A DNA stretch of 61,399 nucleotides, filler included, from Circinaria calcarea (lineage: Eukaryota), in assembly GCA_051942165.1 (NCBI GenBank). It is 5 parts of 5 records of this genome, joined end to end, with 100 filler letters (N's around TTAATTAATTAA, not from the genome) between each part and the next. Parts side by side here need not be neighbours in the genome. Positions count along the whole stretch, not along the records: positions 24,627 to 36,832 come from JAVECS010000598.1; positions 36,933 to 49,116 come from JAVECS010000599.1; 3 more parts are not named here. One strand, given 5' to 3'. This document shows, piece after piece, positions 25,198 through 38,529 of the stretch. Every line of letters begins with the position of its first letter. The stretch's first letter is position 1. Below the pieces are notes generated by a model, which was not told the origin of the DNA, did not search any database, and saw only the letters and a list, made by a program, of their open reading frames with translations. A program made the translations under genes and the position numbers.

Positions 25198-26887
25198 TTA
25201 GGCAACTGAGCCCTTGTGCTCCACGTTCTCGACAATCTCCGGAGCGAGCGTACCCTTCTCCGTCATACCCATCTGGGAGGCGAATGTGGTATGAGGGACC
25301 CATTTCGAGGAATTCCGAGCGTTGGTCTCCTCCAACATCTTGTCGACCTGTTCCAGTGATAGACCTTTGGTCTCAGGAACCAAAAAGTAGGCGTAAATAC
25401 AGCACAGAGCGCAAAGGGAGCCCCAGATGAAGAAAATCTTGGCACCGAGGTTTGCCTGGTCAGTACCAACCATGTAGGGGGTAATGACGGCGATAATCTA
25501 AAGCGTATGAGCATCAAAGCAACAAATTATCAAGTTGGGTATAACTTACGCAGTTCCACAGCCAGTTAGAAGCGGTCGACAAACCAATACCACGGGATCG
25601 GATGGGGAGGTTAAAAATCTCGCCAATAACGACCCAAGCCCCCGGACCCCATGTGGACGCGAAGAAGAAAATGTAGATGCAGATAAAAGCAATCATAGCC
25701 CTAACTGCATTAGGATTTTGCCCATCGGTGACACCAATGATGGCGACAATAAATTGACAAACCACCATTCCGAAGGCGCCCCAGATGAGAAGTGGGCGAC
25801 GGCCAAACCTTTCGATAGTCCAGAATGAGATGGGAGTCGAGCAGACGTTGACGAGGGTGGTGATGAGACCGATCAAGAAGGGATTCCTAATGGTACCAAG
25901 GTCCTGGAAGAAGGTGGTTCCGAAGTAAAAGATGAAGTTAACACCAGTCCACTGTTGCATCATTTGCATGGATGTACCAAGGATGGTACGGCGCAAGTTG
26001 CTACTGGGCTTGCTCAACCCACCCTTGAAACAGTTGGCCCAGCTGCTGAAGTAGCTTCCTTGGGGAACCACCTGCAATTCGTATTCGTGGTTGGCAACGA
26101 TTTCAGCCAATTCCGCCTGGATCAATTGGGATTCACGAGGTTGTCCTCGAAGCCTGGCCAACGCATCAATAGCCTTGTCCAACTTCCCTCTCTTAACAAA
26201 GTAGCGGGGTGATTCCGGGAGAAGGAAGAGCCCGATAGCTAGGATCAAAGCCCATAGAATCTGAAGGGCGATAGGAATGCGGTATGAACCCGTGTCCAGG
26301 CGATTTTGAGTCCCGTAATCGACACACGAGGCGAGCAAGAGACCAATCGTAATGCAAAATTGGTACCCAGACACGATGGCTCCTCGAACCTTTTTCGGGG
26401 CAATCTCGGACATGTAGAGGATAATGACGGCCGAAACGAATCCAACACCGAAACCAGCAATCAAACGTCCAGCAACCAGGAGACCGAGAGAAGTTGACGC
26501 TGTCTGCAGGATGACACCGACGATGAAAATCATGCAACCAGCAATGATAGTGACACGGCGACCGATGAAATCGGCAACATCACCGGCGATGATAGCACCG
26601 AAGAACGTACCCGCTGAGAGGATTGAAGTGATCAATGATTTCTGCCATGAGGGCAAAGAAAACGCGGTCCGCTCCTCAGCTGTAGCATTGGGGCCGGGGT
26701 AGGGGAGGCCAGTATAGGTATGGATCAAGTAGGGCATGCCCATGACACCGCTGATGTATCCAGAATCATAACCGAAGAAGATACCACCGAACGCAGCAAA
26801 AGCGCACATGAGGTAAGCTTTGAAGGTAACGGGCGCCTCGATGGCGGCGGCGTTGTCGGTCGCCATCAATCCTCCTCCGCCTGGCAT
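25198..26887 (-). CDS. MFS sugar porter, high-affinity glucose transporter type (RCO-3/MstA-like)
   Basis: Exons 26887-25550 and 25497-25198 (GTAAGT..TAG). Motifs FGGIFFGYDSGYI, DFIGRR, YMSEIAPKKVRG, PESPR, QQWTGVNFIFY, ERFGRR and PETKG. Confidence 0.96.
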
Positions 26888-28874
26888 CTTGATGGATTTC
26901 ACCCGATCGAATACTATGGTGGTTTAGGTAAATTAGTCTTCAAGAAATGGCGGATAAACAAAACCGGACAGAGGGCGGCAGGACAGGGAGCTTTGGCTAT
27001 CGAAGAGAGGAGAGAAGGATAGATGATGCAACCCAAGTGAAGATGTTTTTGGGGGGTCTGGTGCTTCATATATTTCTGTTTCCGGGTCTGGCAGGGGTGG
27101 TTCGACGCTAGACACTAGGCTCTACCATATCATGCGTCGCCCCGCATTGCCATCTCCGACCGCAGGGATTGTCTCGTGTCGATGAACCGTTACGGGACTG
27201 GTCTGTACTTTATCTCAACAAAGGCGTCCGGCATATCCTACTGGCCCATCCAACAAGCTCCTTCTCGGTCACCAGCTCTTGGGATCTTTACGATCCAGAC
27301 TGATTATTTGGGGAAATTTAGGGCATGACTGTCCAGGATACGTGTGGAGTAAGACCGAGAACCAACTACAGACGTGTTCCAGAAACATGGCGCCTGGCAG
27401 TATATGCAACTAGGACTGCTCCTATTCAATCAGGCTAATAGCCACATGGAATCCTTACCATACTGCATATGTACGCAGGCACGCAGGGAGATGATTGGAA
27501 CTCCCTTCATACTACCGCTGTCACACAGAAAGCTTGATGCAAAAGAAACCCCCCAAAATGTTGCTAATGAATGGACGATGTTGCAGAACGTTAGTAAATG
27601 ACGACTGTCGTGATCGGTAATTACTCGGCACGTCGCTGTCCAAGCTCGTATACAGAGTATGTACATTGAAAATCCGTTGGCATGTGAGCAGGTCGCTGGA
27701 CATGCTAGGAAATTTAGCCGGCTTTCTCACAGCGGGCGCTTGGCACGGACATGTTTTTGTGTGGAGTGGTGGCGTTTGAAAGTCTGGATGATTTCGAATT
27801 CCAAGGTTTCTTACCCAAAACCGGTGGCGGGCGCGAGGCAAAACATACCGTGACCGTCTTTAAGCGGGTCCCCGAGCCCATCTTCCAGCCTCCAGGAGAT
27901 TTACCCAGAGAGAGCGTGACCTCCATGAGGCAAGTACCAAAGTAGGAGGTCAAGAAAGACGGAGCCTTATTGGTTGGCGGTAGTATTTACCGATCAAGAG
28001 CTAGTTGACGGAGACTGTCCCTCCGGCGATCCTTTCGTACTCTGTGATATTGTGTTGCTTACGCTGATTGGGCCTTCACGACGCCGGTGCTAGAGAACGT
28101 CCTAACCGCCGCCGCTATTTTCCAGCCCATCGTTCCCTGGGAATGCTGAGATCGAGTCAGAACACCAGTCTCGATAGCGGAATACGAGGAGTGAGCAAGG
28201 TACTACCACTCTTTACATATTCCATGGCAGGACCTGCGGAATTCGAGACGCGAGGAGTTGATCAGGCTGAACTCGACAGGCACAGCAGCAGGGTGTATGA
28301 AATTGGGAGGTTGTACTTCCTCTGCACAGACTACTCTGTACTCATCGGAAAGACTGATGCTGCAGATCACCGTGGGCCAGTTTTCAGTCGTCATGGTTCG
28401 TCATGGAAGGCCTTACTGCGTACCACTTCCGTCCCGGAGGCGTATTTAGTTTGTACACCTCCGCCGTCGAGGATTTGTGGAGACGGGAAGGTGGAGCACG
28501 AGACGGCTGCGGCTGAGTTCGAGGTTACATAGTACAATTGCGGGGGAGTAGGTAGAGGGCGAAATCAAAACATGATGGCGGAAAACAACACTGAGGCCGG
28601 TGAGTCTTAGTCATCCGCCAGCTAGACAATATAGTTTGTATCGCCGTATTTGTCATTACTCGGCCATTCCGGAATGTAGCGCTTTTCACCGGTCGTTACG
28701 ATGGTTTTAAAATCTCTGACCATCATCAGTCTGACACTAAGATTATATCATCTATAACAAGTTTTCCTTAGCATCTGATAGATCAATGGCGCTCCAATGT
28801 ACATTTAATCATTCTTACAACATGCCCGAAGGCCAATGGTTGGAACCATTGCAGGGGCAACAGGTGGCGATTAT

Positions 28875-30431
28875 TCAATAGCGTCCGACTGATAGTTGGA
28901 GCTTTCCGAACATCTTATCGAGCCATTTCGAAAGGTTGGATAGCTTGCTTGGACAATAAATCCCTCTGAACCGCTGGAACAAACCTTCGAAACTTCGGAT
29001 CTCGTAAATAATTGACCCTTTCAAAGCATCGTTCATGTCTTCAGCTTCATCTTGGACATCACCCGGATGTGGAGAAAATGTTATGCGGGCTGTATTGATA
29101 GTACCGGCTCGAGCTTGGATATGGACATAGGTCTGCTTTTACACGGTCAACAAGTGGAAAAGGGAAAGGGAAAGTTCAGCGTGGGCCTACTGATTCGGAT
29201 AGCTCGGGTATTACCGTTGGACGAGTGCTGCCATCCTCCTCCGTAGGATGGGTGGATAGAGTGAACTGGGGAGTTTGACCGTATATCCATTCTGCTGACT
29301 ATCAAGATGTATTAGCGGGCCAGAAACAAGGGTAGACCGACTGTTCGGGGCTCGTACTCGAAGCTCCTTCAAACCATATTGTACCTCTCGAATATCAGCT
29401 AAATCAGCTGTCAGGTACCCGGAAACCCAGTTGTCGCCGTGCTGAAGGTGCGGGTTAATGTCTTCTTGTCCGAAGCTAGCCAGACAACCGCTATCTAGTC
29501 CGTATAGTTCTGCGAAGCATCCGAGAACGTTCCTTTGAAAGCGCATACCGTAATCGGTTCGGTCGGTTGCATAGACATTGGTTATAGGAGATCTTACACT
29601 ATCTACGCCCCTCGCCTTCATAAAAGTCCTAGCAGGTGAGGCAAGGCATTGCGAGATGAAGGGTAGATTTGGTGAGTTTAATAGACAAGTCCCATGGTGT
29701 AAGGACCGATTCCGAGTCAATTTGTAGGCTGATCCTGATACCTTCAAAGATGGCTGCTGGCCGCTTCCTGCACTGTATGCTGTCGCGTGCATGTCCCCAG
29801 GCTCTGGCTGAAGTCCGGATGGAAGGACGGAGCCCTGGTCTAGTACGATATCATGTCTCTCGTTGACACGAGCTCGAGGATTGTCACGTCTTATGGCACG
29901 TGCAACCATTTCGGCATGCTTGTCGCGTGTAAACTCTGGAGTAGGACAGATGACACTGTAATTGACATTTCCACGGTCGTGGAATACCGTTCCTCCCCCA
30001 GATCTTCTCCTCACCAATTGAATAGGCTGTAGTGGTTCCTGCTTATCCTTCTCAGTCGAGCTCGAGGGCGAACTTCGGCCAAGACCTCTCGCCAGAAGGC
30101 TCAGGTTTGCTTCGAGCCATGGGTTTTGGTTCCTCCCGATTACGACGCATGGATCATTGACGTAGAGAAGCAAGATAGTAGAGTCTATTGGAGTCTTTTG
30201 AAGAAGGAAATGCTCGAGAGAGAGATTAAGGAATGGATCATGGGTTTTTGAAATATATATCTGATATGTCGAGGCTGGCTTTGTACAAAGTTCTGTAAAG
30301 GACGCCGCACTAGATAGACTTCGCCGACACTTTGGTATCAGAAAAAGGAGACGACTGGAACATAGGACGGGCAGTCGGTCTAAGAAGAAATTCGAGGTTA
30401 TCCGGGAAGGCATGAAGCCATTCACTTTCAT
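28875..30431 (-). CDS. AIM22: Mitochondrial lipoate-protein ligase A family protein (Aim22/Lip3)
   Basis: Exons 30431-29358, 29298-29191, 29132-28875. Motifs DPFLNLSLEH, CVVIGRNQNPWLE, RRRSGGGTVFHDRGNVN, KVSGSAYKL..HHGTCL and WIYGQTPQF; basic presequence-like N-terminus. Confidence 0.93.
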
Positions 30432-30707
30432 GCTTCTGCTGATTGGTTACAGGATCATGGCGGACGTTCCGCAATCGGAGAAACGTGCTCGGTCGATTTT
30501 GGGATGACCCGGACTATCATAATTTATTGAGGATGACAGAATGTTCCAGCAGGGCAGATCCATTTTGCATGTGTGAAGACTATATTGGTCCTTATAGTTC
30601 CTAGGTTAAAACACTCAACTGCATTGACTTGACTAGCTGTCACCTACTGCAGCGGTTGGGAGGCTCTAAGCTGACCAAAAACTATTAATTAAACAGTTCA
30701 ATTGAAT

Positions 30708-32067
30708 ATGTCAACGTTCGGGGAGTACTTCAGAGTTACAACGTTGGTTCTAGCATATACGAAAGTTAATTGGGGCCCTAGCTAACAATCCTAGTTATGG
30801 TGAATCCCATTGCCGTTCAGTAGGATGCATAGTCGACGGCTGCCCCCCAGGTATGGAGCTTACAGAAGACGACATACAGCCCCAGATGACTCGAAGACGA
30901 CCTGGTCAGAGCGCGCTTACTACACCAAGGGATGAAAAGGATAGGGTACAGATTCAATCCGGCACCGAATTCGGAGTTACCTTGGGGACGCCAATAGGTT
31001 TGGTGGTCAAGAACGAGGACCAACGGCCCAAAGATTACGGGGGAAGCACAATGGACATGTTTCCACGGCCAAGTCATGCCGACTACACATATCAAGAAAA
31101 ATACGGCGTCAAGGCCAGCAGTGGTGGAGGCAGGAGTAGTGCACGGGAAACAATAGGTCGGGTGGCTGCTGGAGCCATAGCAGAAAAATACCTTTCGTTA
31201 GCACACGGTGTGGAGATTGTCTCCTTTGTCTCCTCGGTAGGCGGCGAGCACCTCTTCCCCCCTACGGAGCTACATCCCACCGCTTCCACCAATCCCGTAT
31301 TCCTCGACCTCCTCACCAAAATATCTCGTGCAGACGTGGACTCCCATCTCCCGGTGCGATGTCCTAACAAAGAGGCTTCGCAACGAATGGCAGATATAAT
31401 TGCACATCACCGAGACAATCACGATAGTATAGGCGGCACCGTCACCTGCGTGATCAGGAACACCCCCATAGGTCTTGGAGAACCCTGCTTCGACAAGCTG
31501 GAAGCAATGCTCGCTCACGCAATGTTAAGCATACCTGCGACCAAAGGCTTCGAAATCGGCTCCGGCTTTGGAGGCTGCGAAGTCCCCGGCTCCCGGCACA
31601 ATGATCCTTTCATCCAGGCCACTCCCGTTTCCCCCTCCGAGTCCGGCACGGCAGCATCAGCAGCGGCCGTGAACCGTCCCCGGCTCACAACAAAGACCAA
31701 CAACTCCGGCGGCGTCCAGGGCGGAATCTCCAACGGAGCGCCCATCTACTTCCGAGTGGCGTTCAAGCCGCCCGCCACCATCGGCCAGGCGCAAAAGACC
31801 GCGACCTACGATAGCGAGGAAGGGGTCCTGGAGGCCAAGGGCAGACACGATCCGTGTGTGGTTCCGCGGGCGGTACCCATTGTGGAAGCGATGGCGGCGT
31901 TGGTGGTCATGGATGCGCTGCTGGCGCAGGAAGCGAGGCAGTCTGCGCGGAGTAAGCTGCCTCTGCTGCGGAAAAGGGTGCTGCCGGCGTCGGAGACCGT
32001 GGTGGAAGACAAGGCGTCCAAAGACGCCAGGCATGAGTCCATGTTGATGGCAACAAACGGTCACTAG
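30708..32067 (+). CDS. ARO2: Chorismate synthase
   Basis: Exon 30708-30742 ([11 protein letters not shown]), intron 30743-30794, exon to 32067. Signatures [20 protein letters not shown] and [17 protein letters not shown]. Confidence 0.98.
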
Positions 32068-32420
32068 GGTTTTTGTCAGCTGACAAGAAGCTCACATTAC
32101 ATTATTTCGGACATGGATCGGAGATGGTGAATAGATAGATACCTTTATTAGATTTATCCAAAGTTCACGGATGGAAGCCCGCCTTTACTGGCTCCATTGC
32201 TCTTGTAACAAGATATTTCCATGAGTAATGTACATGTAAATCGCTTTCATCTAAGATCAATCACCAAGTATCTTCTTTCGCCCAGATCGCAAAATAACAA
32301 CCACAACTGCATACAGCCCAATACTTGAACATTCTATTTTGCACATCCTCTATTTTTTTTTTACCAAAATCTACTTCAGGTCCCTTTATTCGACTCTAGA
32401 GCAAACAGCACATCTACCCA

Positions 32421-35400
32421 TCACCCATCTCGCATCGTCCATCTCTTCCACGCATCACCAAAGCCCCGCTGCTCCCGCCCATCACCGCCCAATTTCCGCG
32501 GGCCCGATGCAAAACCCATCCCAGGCACCGACTGAGACAACGAGCCGATGGCCACCAAGGGAACCATGCTCGGTCTGCCGTGCGCGCATTGGAACGGGAA
32601 CCGGCACGCGGCCAGCCTCCGGACGAGCGTTTCACATTCCGCCACCGTCAGCTCGTCGTTGAACATGATCGCGCTCCGGCACGAGCGCGAATTCAGCATG
32701 TCCAGGATGCCTTGTGGGCAGTCGCGAATACGGTGGATCCAGACGGGCTCAGTCTCGGGCTGCGAGGCGGAGTCGCTCAGGTGACCGAATTCTGGATTGG
32801 ACGGTCGTTCCGCCTCTGGAGGTATCGCTCGACTGGTGCCATCCTCCTCTCTCTTCCAGATCTCGCCGCGCATAAGCTCGTAGAGTTGTTTAGGGTCGAT
32901 CCTGCAGCGTTCTGCAATACCGGGAGGAAGGGTGCGTACGACTACTTGAAAGCCCTCTTGGGACTCCACAAGCGAGGGTCCTAACTGAGGAAGGTCAAGA
33001 TCAAAGAGAATACCCCAGCGGGCAAAGACGTCCGCATATTTTTGGAAAAGTCGATGCTCCTGGGGTTTGATTTGCAGCTTGACTGGCTTTGCTAACCGGG
33101 TGGTCTCGACGGCTGATTTGTGTCCCAAGGCAGACCGAATACTACTAATTTGCGAGGATGGCTTTGCACAGATATCTGCAAGCAAAGACTCGATGCGGAT
33201 TCGTTCGTCTGCAGCATGTTGATCGATAATGACAAGCACCTGACTATCATCATCTTCAGGGGCTGTAGTCATGGTAACAAGGATGAACTTCTTGTCTACC
33301 TGGGTTAGGATTGTGGCATTTTCCAAACCTGCCCTGGATAACTTCGCAGAGAACTTCGCAGAGAATGGTGAAGATGTCTCAGTGAAAGGCATTTCCATAT
33401 TAGCATCGAAACCCCGCTGGGGTCGAAAACATGTCGTGCACTCTTTCTCAAGAGCAGGACCGTCCATAGAGACCTGCGGTATATTCTCCTCGGTCTGACA
33501 AAAAACGGGGTTCTCCCAGCCTTTCAGAAGATCTTCACACCAACTTCCAGACTTAGGCGTCGAAAAGCCATCCGTTGCACTCCGGCTCAGTTTCGATCGC
33601 ATGGATAGGGAGCTTAACGAGCTTAGTGGTCTTTGTGACCGTATACCAAGTGTCTCTATACTTCCAGACGACGAGGAGGTCGATACGCGAGGTGGCGCGA
33701 TTAGTAGGCCTGTACGGGCATTTAGTAGATGTGTAGCCTTGGTAACTGGATTGGTCCAAGAAATTTTTTCATCATAGTTAGACTGCAAACCATCATCAGG
33801 GGCCAACGATGTGCGTGAAGCATCGCTGTCTATGCCTAGCTCATTGTGTATTTGACCAGAATGGCTTGGGGGTTCATCCGATACCTTTGGTGACTCGGTA
33901 AACTGACCATCCCCAGACAGGTACTCATCTATCACCTCTGAATGGCTTCTTATTCCGGGTAATTCTCCAGCCAAAGAGTTTGTGGGTGGACGTGTATCAA
34001 CTGCTGGCTTCTGGCTTGATATTGGGAGTTCATGTGAGATGGCCCTGGCGGCACTTCGCGTTCCACTCTTTATGCGGCTCCATTCGCTGAAATCATCCTG
34101 AGACCGCGAGATGTCACCTCGGGGAAACTTTGGCAGTCGAACAGCTTTACCGAAATCATGGACTGAGGGTACTGGCCGAACGCTGGGTTGCAACTCATGA
34201 CGAGCAGTTGCAGATGCTATATTAGGCGTGGCAGGGTGAGACCCTATTGAACCCTTCTTTTCCGAGGGCTGCCGTAGATCGCGAGATGAGATATTCTTCG
34301 GGGATGCGTTCGACGGCTTAGTAGGGGTGGCTTGTTCATGGGGTACAATGCGCTTCTTCGAACGCCTTGCGCGAGGCCTTAGATGATGCTCTGCAAGAAA
34401 ACTGACAACCATACTCCGAAGGACATCAATGATGGATGTTAACGTACTTCCCTTTTCAGCTAAACCGTTGTTGGGTAACGAGTCTAAACTCGTAGTAGAA
34501 TCTAGTAAATCAATTCGAATGTAAAACATAGGCCATCGATCAATCCCCTTTCCACCACCCTTCAACTGTTTCTTCGTAAATCCATCGTGCTTGAATCGCC
34601 GGTCCTTCGCTCTCTTGTCAACTTCAGAATCGTCTGCAACATCCAGCTCCTCCTGTGCGCCATAACTTGAGGACGCGAATGTCCGGTTGACTTCGTCATA
34701 TAGCACACTAAATCCGGTATCATGATGAAGGTGCTGAATGCCAAGAGATATGAATTGCGTATGCTTCGATGGAGCGGGTTGTAGAGATATAATAGCTCGT
34801 ATGGTAATCAACAGGGTTTGAGCCGATGCCTTTATCCAGGTGTCCCAACTTGTCGGATTCACTTTGATTCCTTGCGCTAGAATGCTTTGAAGTAAGTTAA
34901 TATCAAATGATCGTGGGCTCACCGAGTTCACTTTGAGCGTCACCTTTCCATTGACCGGTTCTGAAGCACGAATAACCAGTTTCTGATCTCTATTAAGCCC
35001 TCTCATTCTTAGGGATATAGGAATATCCCATGCAAGGAGGGTTCCTGTGATATCTTTACATAAGGCTTCCCAATCCTTTTCCAGGGTAGTCAAAGCCTCT
35101 TGCTGTAAAGCTCGATGCTTCACTCGCACTGGCATATTCCCAAACAGGTCCTGTACTGTGACCCTCGTGCCATGATCTCGGCATTTGACATGATGATGAG
35201 ATGGAGAAGGTATAAGTCTCGCAGCTGGCCGTGAATGATGCAGTATCAAGGTGCTATGCGAGCTAAGTTCGTGGTGGTGAGATGTGATTGTGAGTATCGA
35301 TAAAGCAGCTAAGGAGGATAGGAACGTTCCATTCCTTCCGTGAAACCTAAATTTGCTGTCGAATCTGGAGGTGTCTTGATTAGATGTTAGTAAAATTGAG

Positions 35401-35678
35401 ATAGATGATCCCTAAAAGCGCTGATCCGTACGATACGGAACGCCCAATCCTCCAGCTTCTCCAAATTCCACTGCATGAATCCCCAAGCCATCATCCTCAA
35501 CTGTGCACACCCCCCGGCGAAAATCGACAGCTATATCAATATTCCGAGCTCCTGAGTCAAGTGCGTTGTCCAAGAGACCAAGGACAGCATTGGAAAGCGA
35601 TGGAATCAGAGTAGAGGACTTGATCTGAGCTGCTACCTCTGCTGGTAAACGTCGTATTAGGGGTGTGAGATTAGGCAT
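32421..35678 (-). CDS. MLH3: MutL-family mismatch repair / meiotic crossover endonuclease Mlh3
   Basis: Exons 35678-35432 and 35374-32421. GHKL N-terminus (DNALDSGA, VEDDGLGI, GTRVTVQDLFGNMPVR); C-terminal QVDKKFIL, DQHAADERIRIE, SCRSAIMFND and FPFQCAHGRPSMVP. Confidence 0.95.
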
Positions 35679-36331
35679 GGTTTGCCAGCAAAAGGGCAAA
35701 CTGCCAGGAAATTCAAGCAGGAGAGCAACAAGCTAAAGCTTGACATTTTATGAAGGCTTATATTATATGTAGAGATCAGGTTTCCGTGCTTTCCTTCCCC
35801 GGCGGGTGCTACTTGCCTCCTGGAAATTGAAGGAGTGAAGACTTGACGTCAACTGTTTCATTCTACATAACCTCTACCGTAGACAAGGGAGAACAGAATG
35901 AGGTGGAAAACATATCTCAGTTGATACGGCCAATGAACTGTACGTTCGTACCTATGTAGAATAGTCGAATGCGATAAGGCTGAAACTGCTTAACTAATAT
36001 GGAGTTGTGGCCGTCTCCTTTGCGTTCAGTCGATACAACACTCTTAAGTCAACCTGGATAGCCATTCAAGGGCGTAGAAGATGCCAGTGAGAGATCAGCT
36101 TCATATAATGGACAGATTTCACATAACTAGTCGCCTACCGTTTTCCAAGCGTTATTCTACCTAATAAACTTATGGACGTTTAATATCCTGCTCATCCACT
36201 TCATGCAACCGACCTCCTTGGACGACCAACCCAACTCATAGCGTATCTTGTCAAGGTCCCTAAAGTCTCTGTATCTCTCCTCTGTTCCAGGCTCTCGCCT
36301 TCAAATTTCAAAATTGTCAACAGCACAGAAT

Positions 36332-36832
36332 ATGGCATCGGCAGAGGCAATGGCGCGACCTCCTGGTTAGCTTGACCTTTTTGAAAGCTACATTGGGTGT
36401 AACCGCAGGCTGACTGCACCTACAGATCGGCACTCGCGGCGGCGACCATTTACCAACTGGATGAAGCGTCTGGCCAACCTAAAGAACTCATCGTCAGACT
36501 CTAGCTCAAATGGAGCTAATAAGCATACCGCTGCGCCTACCGCATCCAAGTCCAAGAATAAGAAGACGACCACCGAAACCAAGAACAACCCGTACACTGG
36601 GTCTACCAAGCCTCTGACCACCAATGGCTCTATACCCACTAGCGGGAACGGTCATGTATCGCTATATACCCCTCCTTCAGGAAGGAGTATGAGTGACGAG
36701 TCACGTTCACAAAGTAGACAATCACTTCGAACGTCTAGCGAGGGTCGACAGCCACGGACATCAAGCACCAAATGCCCAGCACGCTCACTCGGTACATACC
36801 CAGACACGGTGCATTCCGAAACACAGTCGAAG
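36332..36832 (+). CDS. Low-complexity conserved hypothetical protein, 5' part (truncated by gap)
   Basis: Exon 36332-36365 and intron 36366-36425 (GTTAGC..GCTGAC..CAG) join in frame to RRRPFTNWMKRLANLK and an S/T/K-rich ORF that runs into the gap. Confidence 0.7.
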
Positions 36833-36932
36833 NNNNNNNNNNNNNNNNNNNNNNNNNNNNNNNNNNNNNNNNNNNNTTAATTAATTAANNNNNNNNNNNN
36901 NNNNNNNNNNNNNNNNNNNNNNNNNNNNNNNN
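36833..36932. other. Artificial contig linker (N44-TTAATTAATTAA-N44)
   Basis: Same 100-bp six-frame-stop spacer. Confidence 0.99.
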
Positions 36933-36950
36933 CGAGATGGGAAGACGTAC

Positions 36951-38327
36951 GATTAGTAGCATGAAGTGTTCCAGCACACTTTCGAATTGATTGTATCCTG
37001 GAATGGCAATCGCGCAATAGACAAGAGTCCCTACGAACGTCCAGATGAAGCGTGGGACGGATTGCGTCCAGCGGCCCATGACTTGCAAGCTAAATGTCAG
37101 ACTGTAAATGTTTGGACAGTTATTTGCAACGATGGAGAGTGCCAAGACCACCAAACAGAATTGGCCGAAACGACCAAGAGGTGGGACCAGCACTGCGGCG
37201 ATAACGCCACCGATGCCAGAGTTATGGTAGCCTTCTGCATAAGCAGGTGTGCTGACAGATGCGGTCATGACAGCGAGACCGAGCATTTCTGTAAAGCAAA
37301 GAGGAAATATGAGACCCGCGAAGGTCCAGGCGAAGATTCTGATTTTGGAAGAGTTGACAGGTTGGTAAACGGTATAGTCCGCCGCGTAGCTTGTCCATCC
37401 CGTTGCGAAGCCAAAAACGGTGGAGGCAAAGCTGAGTACTGCTCCAGCTTCGGACGAGCCTGCACCCATAGGGATGTTGCTGAAAGAGCCCGAGTGTGCA
37501 AACTCTCCAAGGACGATCAGGAAAATGATGAAACAGGGGATCCACGACCAGAACTCGTAAGCGTGAACTACTTTGTAGCCGAAAAGGGTGACAACGAAGG
37601 TTGCGGCGGCAATGATGATAATTCCAGCCCAGCCAGGTACATTCGAGTTGACTGCGTTTAGGAGTTGGGCGCCTACAATGACATTGACAGCTGACCAACC
37701 CACACAAGCAAGGATATTGAAAATGGCGACTAGTAGAGAGGTCAGTGTGCCGATGTCCTATTGACTCGGATGGTTTAGGGTCCAGGGTACATACTAATCT
37801 TAACACCATAGAAGCCAAAGAAGTAGCGCGAGAGTACCATCTGGCGTAGGCCAAACTGGGGTCCAAACATGGAAAAGAAGCAGACTGGAGTGATGCCAAG
37901 GATATTGAAGAAGAAGATGGTTAGGAGAGAGTCAACGAAACCGAGGCCGAAGACCGGTATTGCTAGTGCACCGATAGCGAAGGAGGAGACGACCATATTT
38001 GCAGAGAGCCACTGTCATGTCCTCCAATTAGCCGTCGACTGCCCCAGGATCTTACCGTCAGACCGTAGTCCTTACCAATGTGCCTACTTTCCTCAAACTT
38101 GCATCGGTCCTCTCGTTCTCGGGAACCCTCTCAATGCCCCTTTGCTCCACGCCGAACCTGCCCGCAAAGCGCTGGATCTTTGCATACGTTGAAGTGCCAT
38201 AGGCAAAGCTCTCTCCGGGTACAGCGCCGGCTTCGTCGACGTAGATCCCATTTTTCTCTCGGTATCCTCCCTCTGTATCTATCGGCGACCCGCTTTCGGG
38301 GTCCGTGTATTCTCTTTTGAAATCCAT
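36951..38327 (-). CDS. FCY2: NCS1-family purine-cytosine permease (Fcy2/FcyB-like), 3' end truncated
   Basis: Exons 38327-38076, 38011-37795, 37729-36951. Motifs VEQRGIERVPENER, WLSANM, FGLRQMVLSRYFFG, GWSAVNVIVG, GWTSYAADY and IVANNCPNIYS. Confidence 0.93.
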
Positions 38328-38529
38328 AACTGTTGACTTTAAGCGAGTTTATTGAGAACCTTGGGTGAAATGGACTTGGGATATGCACGGCTTCGAGTCG
38401 CGTGAGAAGGAACAGTGTCTTTCAAAAAGAGAACATACGCAAAGCAAGGATGCGCAAATACTGCAAGGTTCCAAGTTGAAGTACTTGCTCATAGCTAATG
38501 CATGGCCGAGTGGAGAGCTCTGACGAGAC

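Noticed and set aside
26900..28800. CreA/Mig1 SYGGRG sites upstream of the sugar transporter
   Set aside because: About five found in 1.9 kb, no more than expected by chance.
36966..37899. Long antisense and alternative-frame ORFs (231 aa, 225 aa) over the permease, and similar shadows over other genes
   Set aside because: They overlap well-supported genes and show no recognisable motifs.
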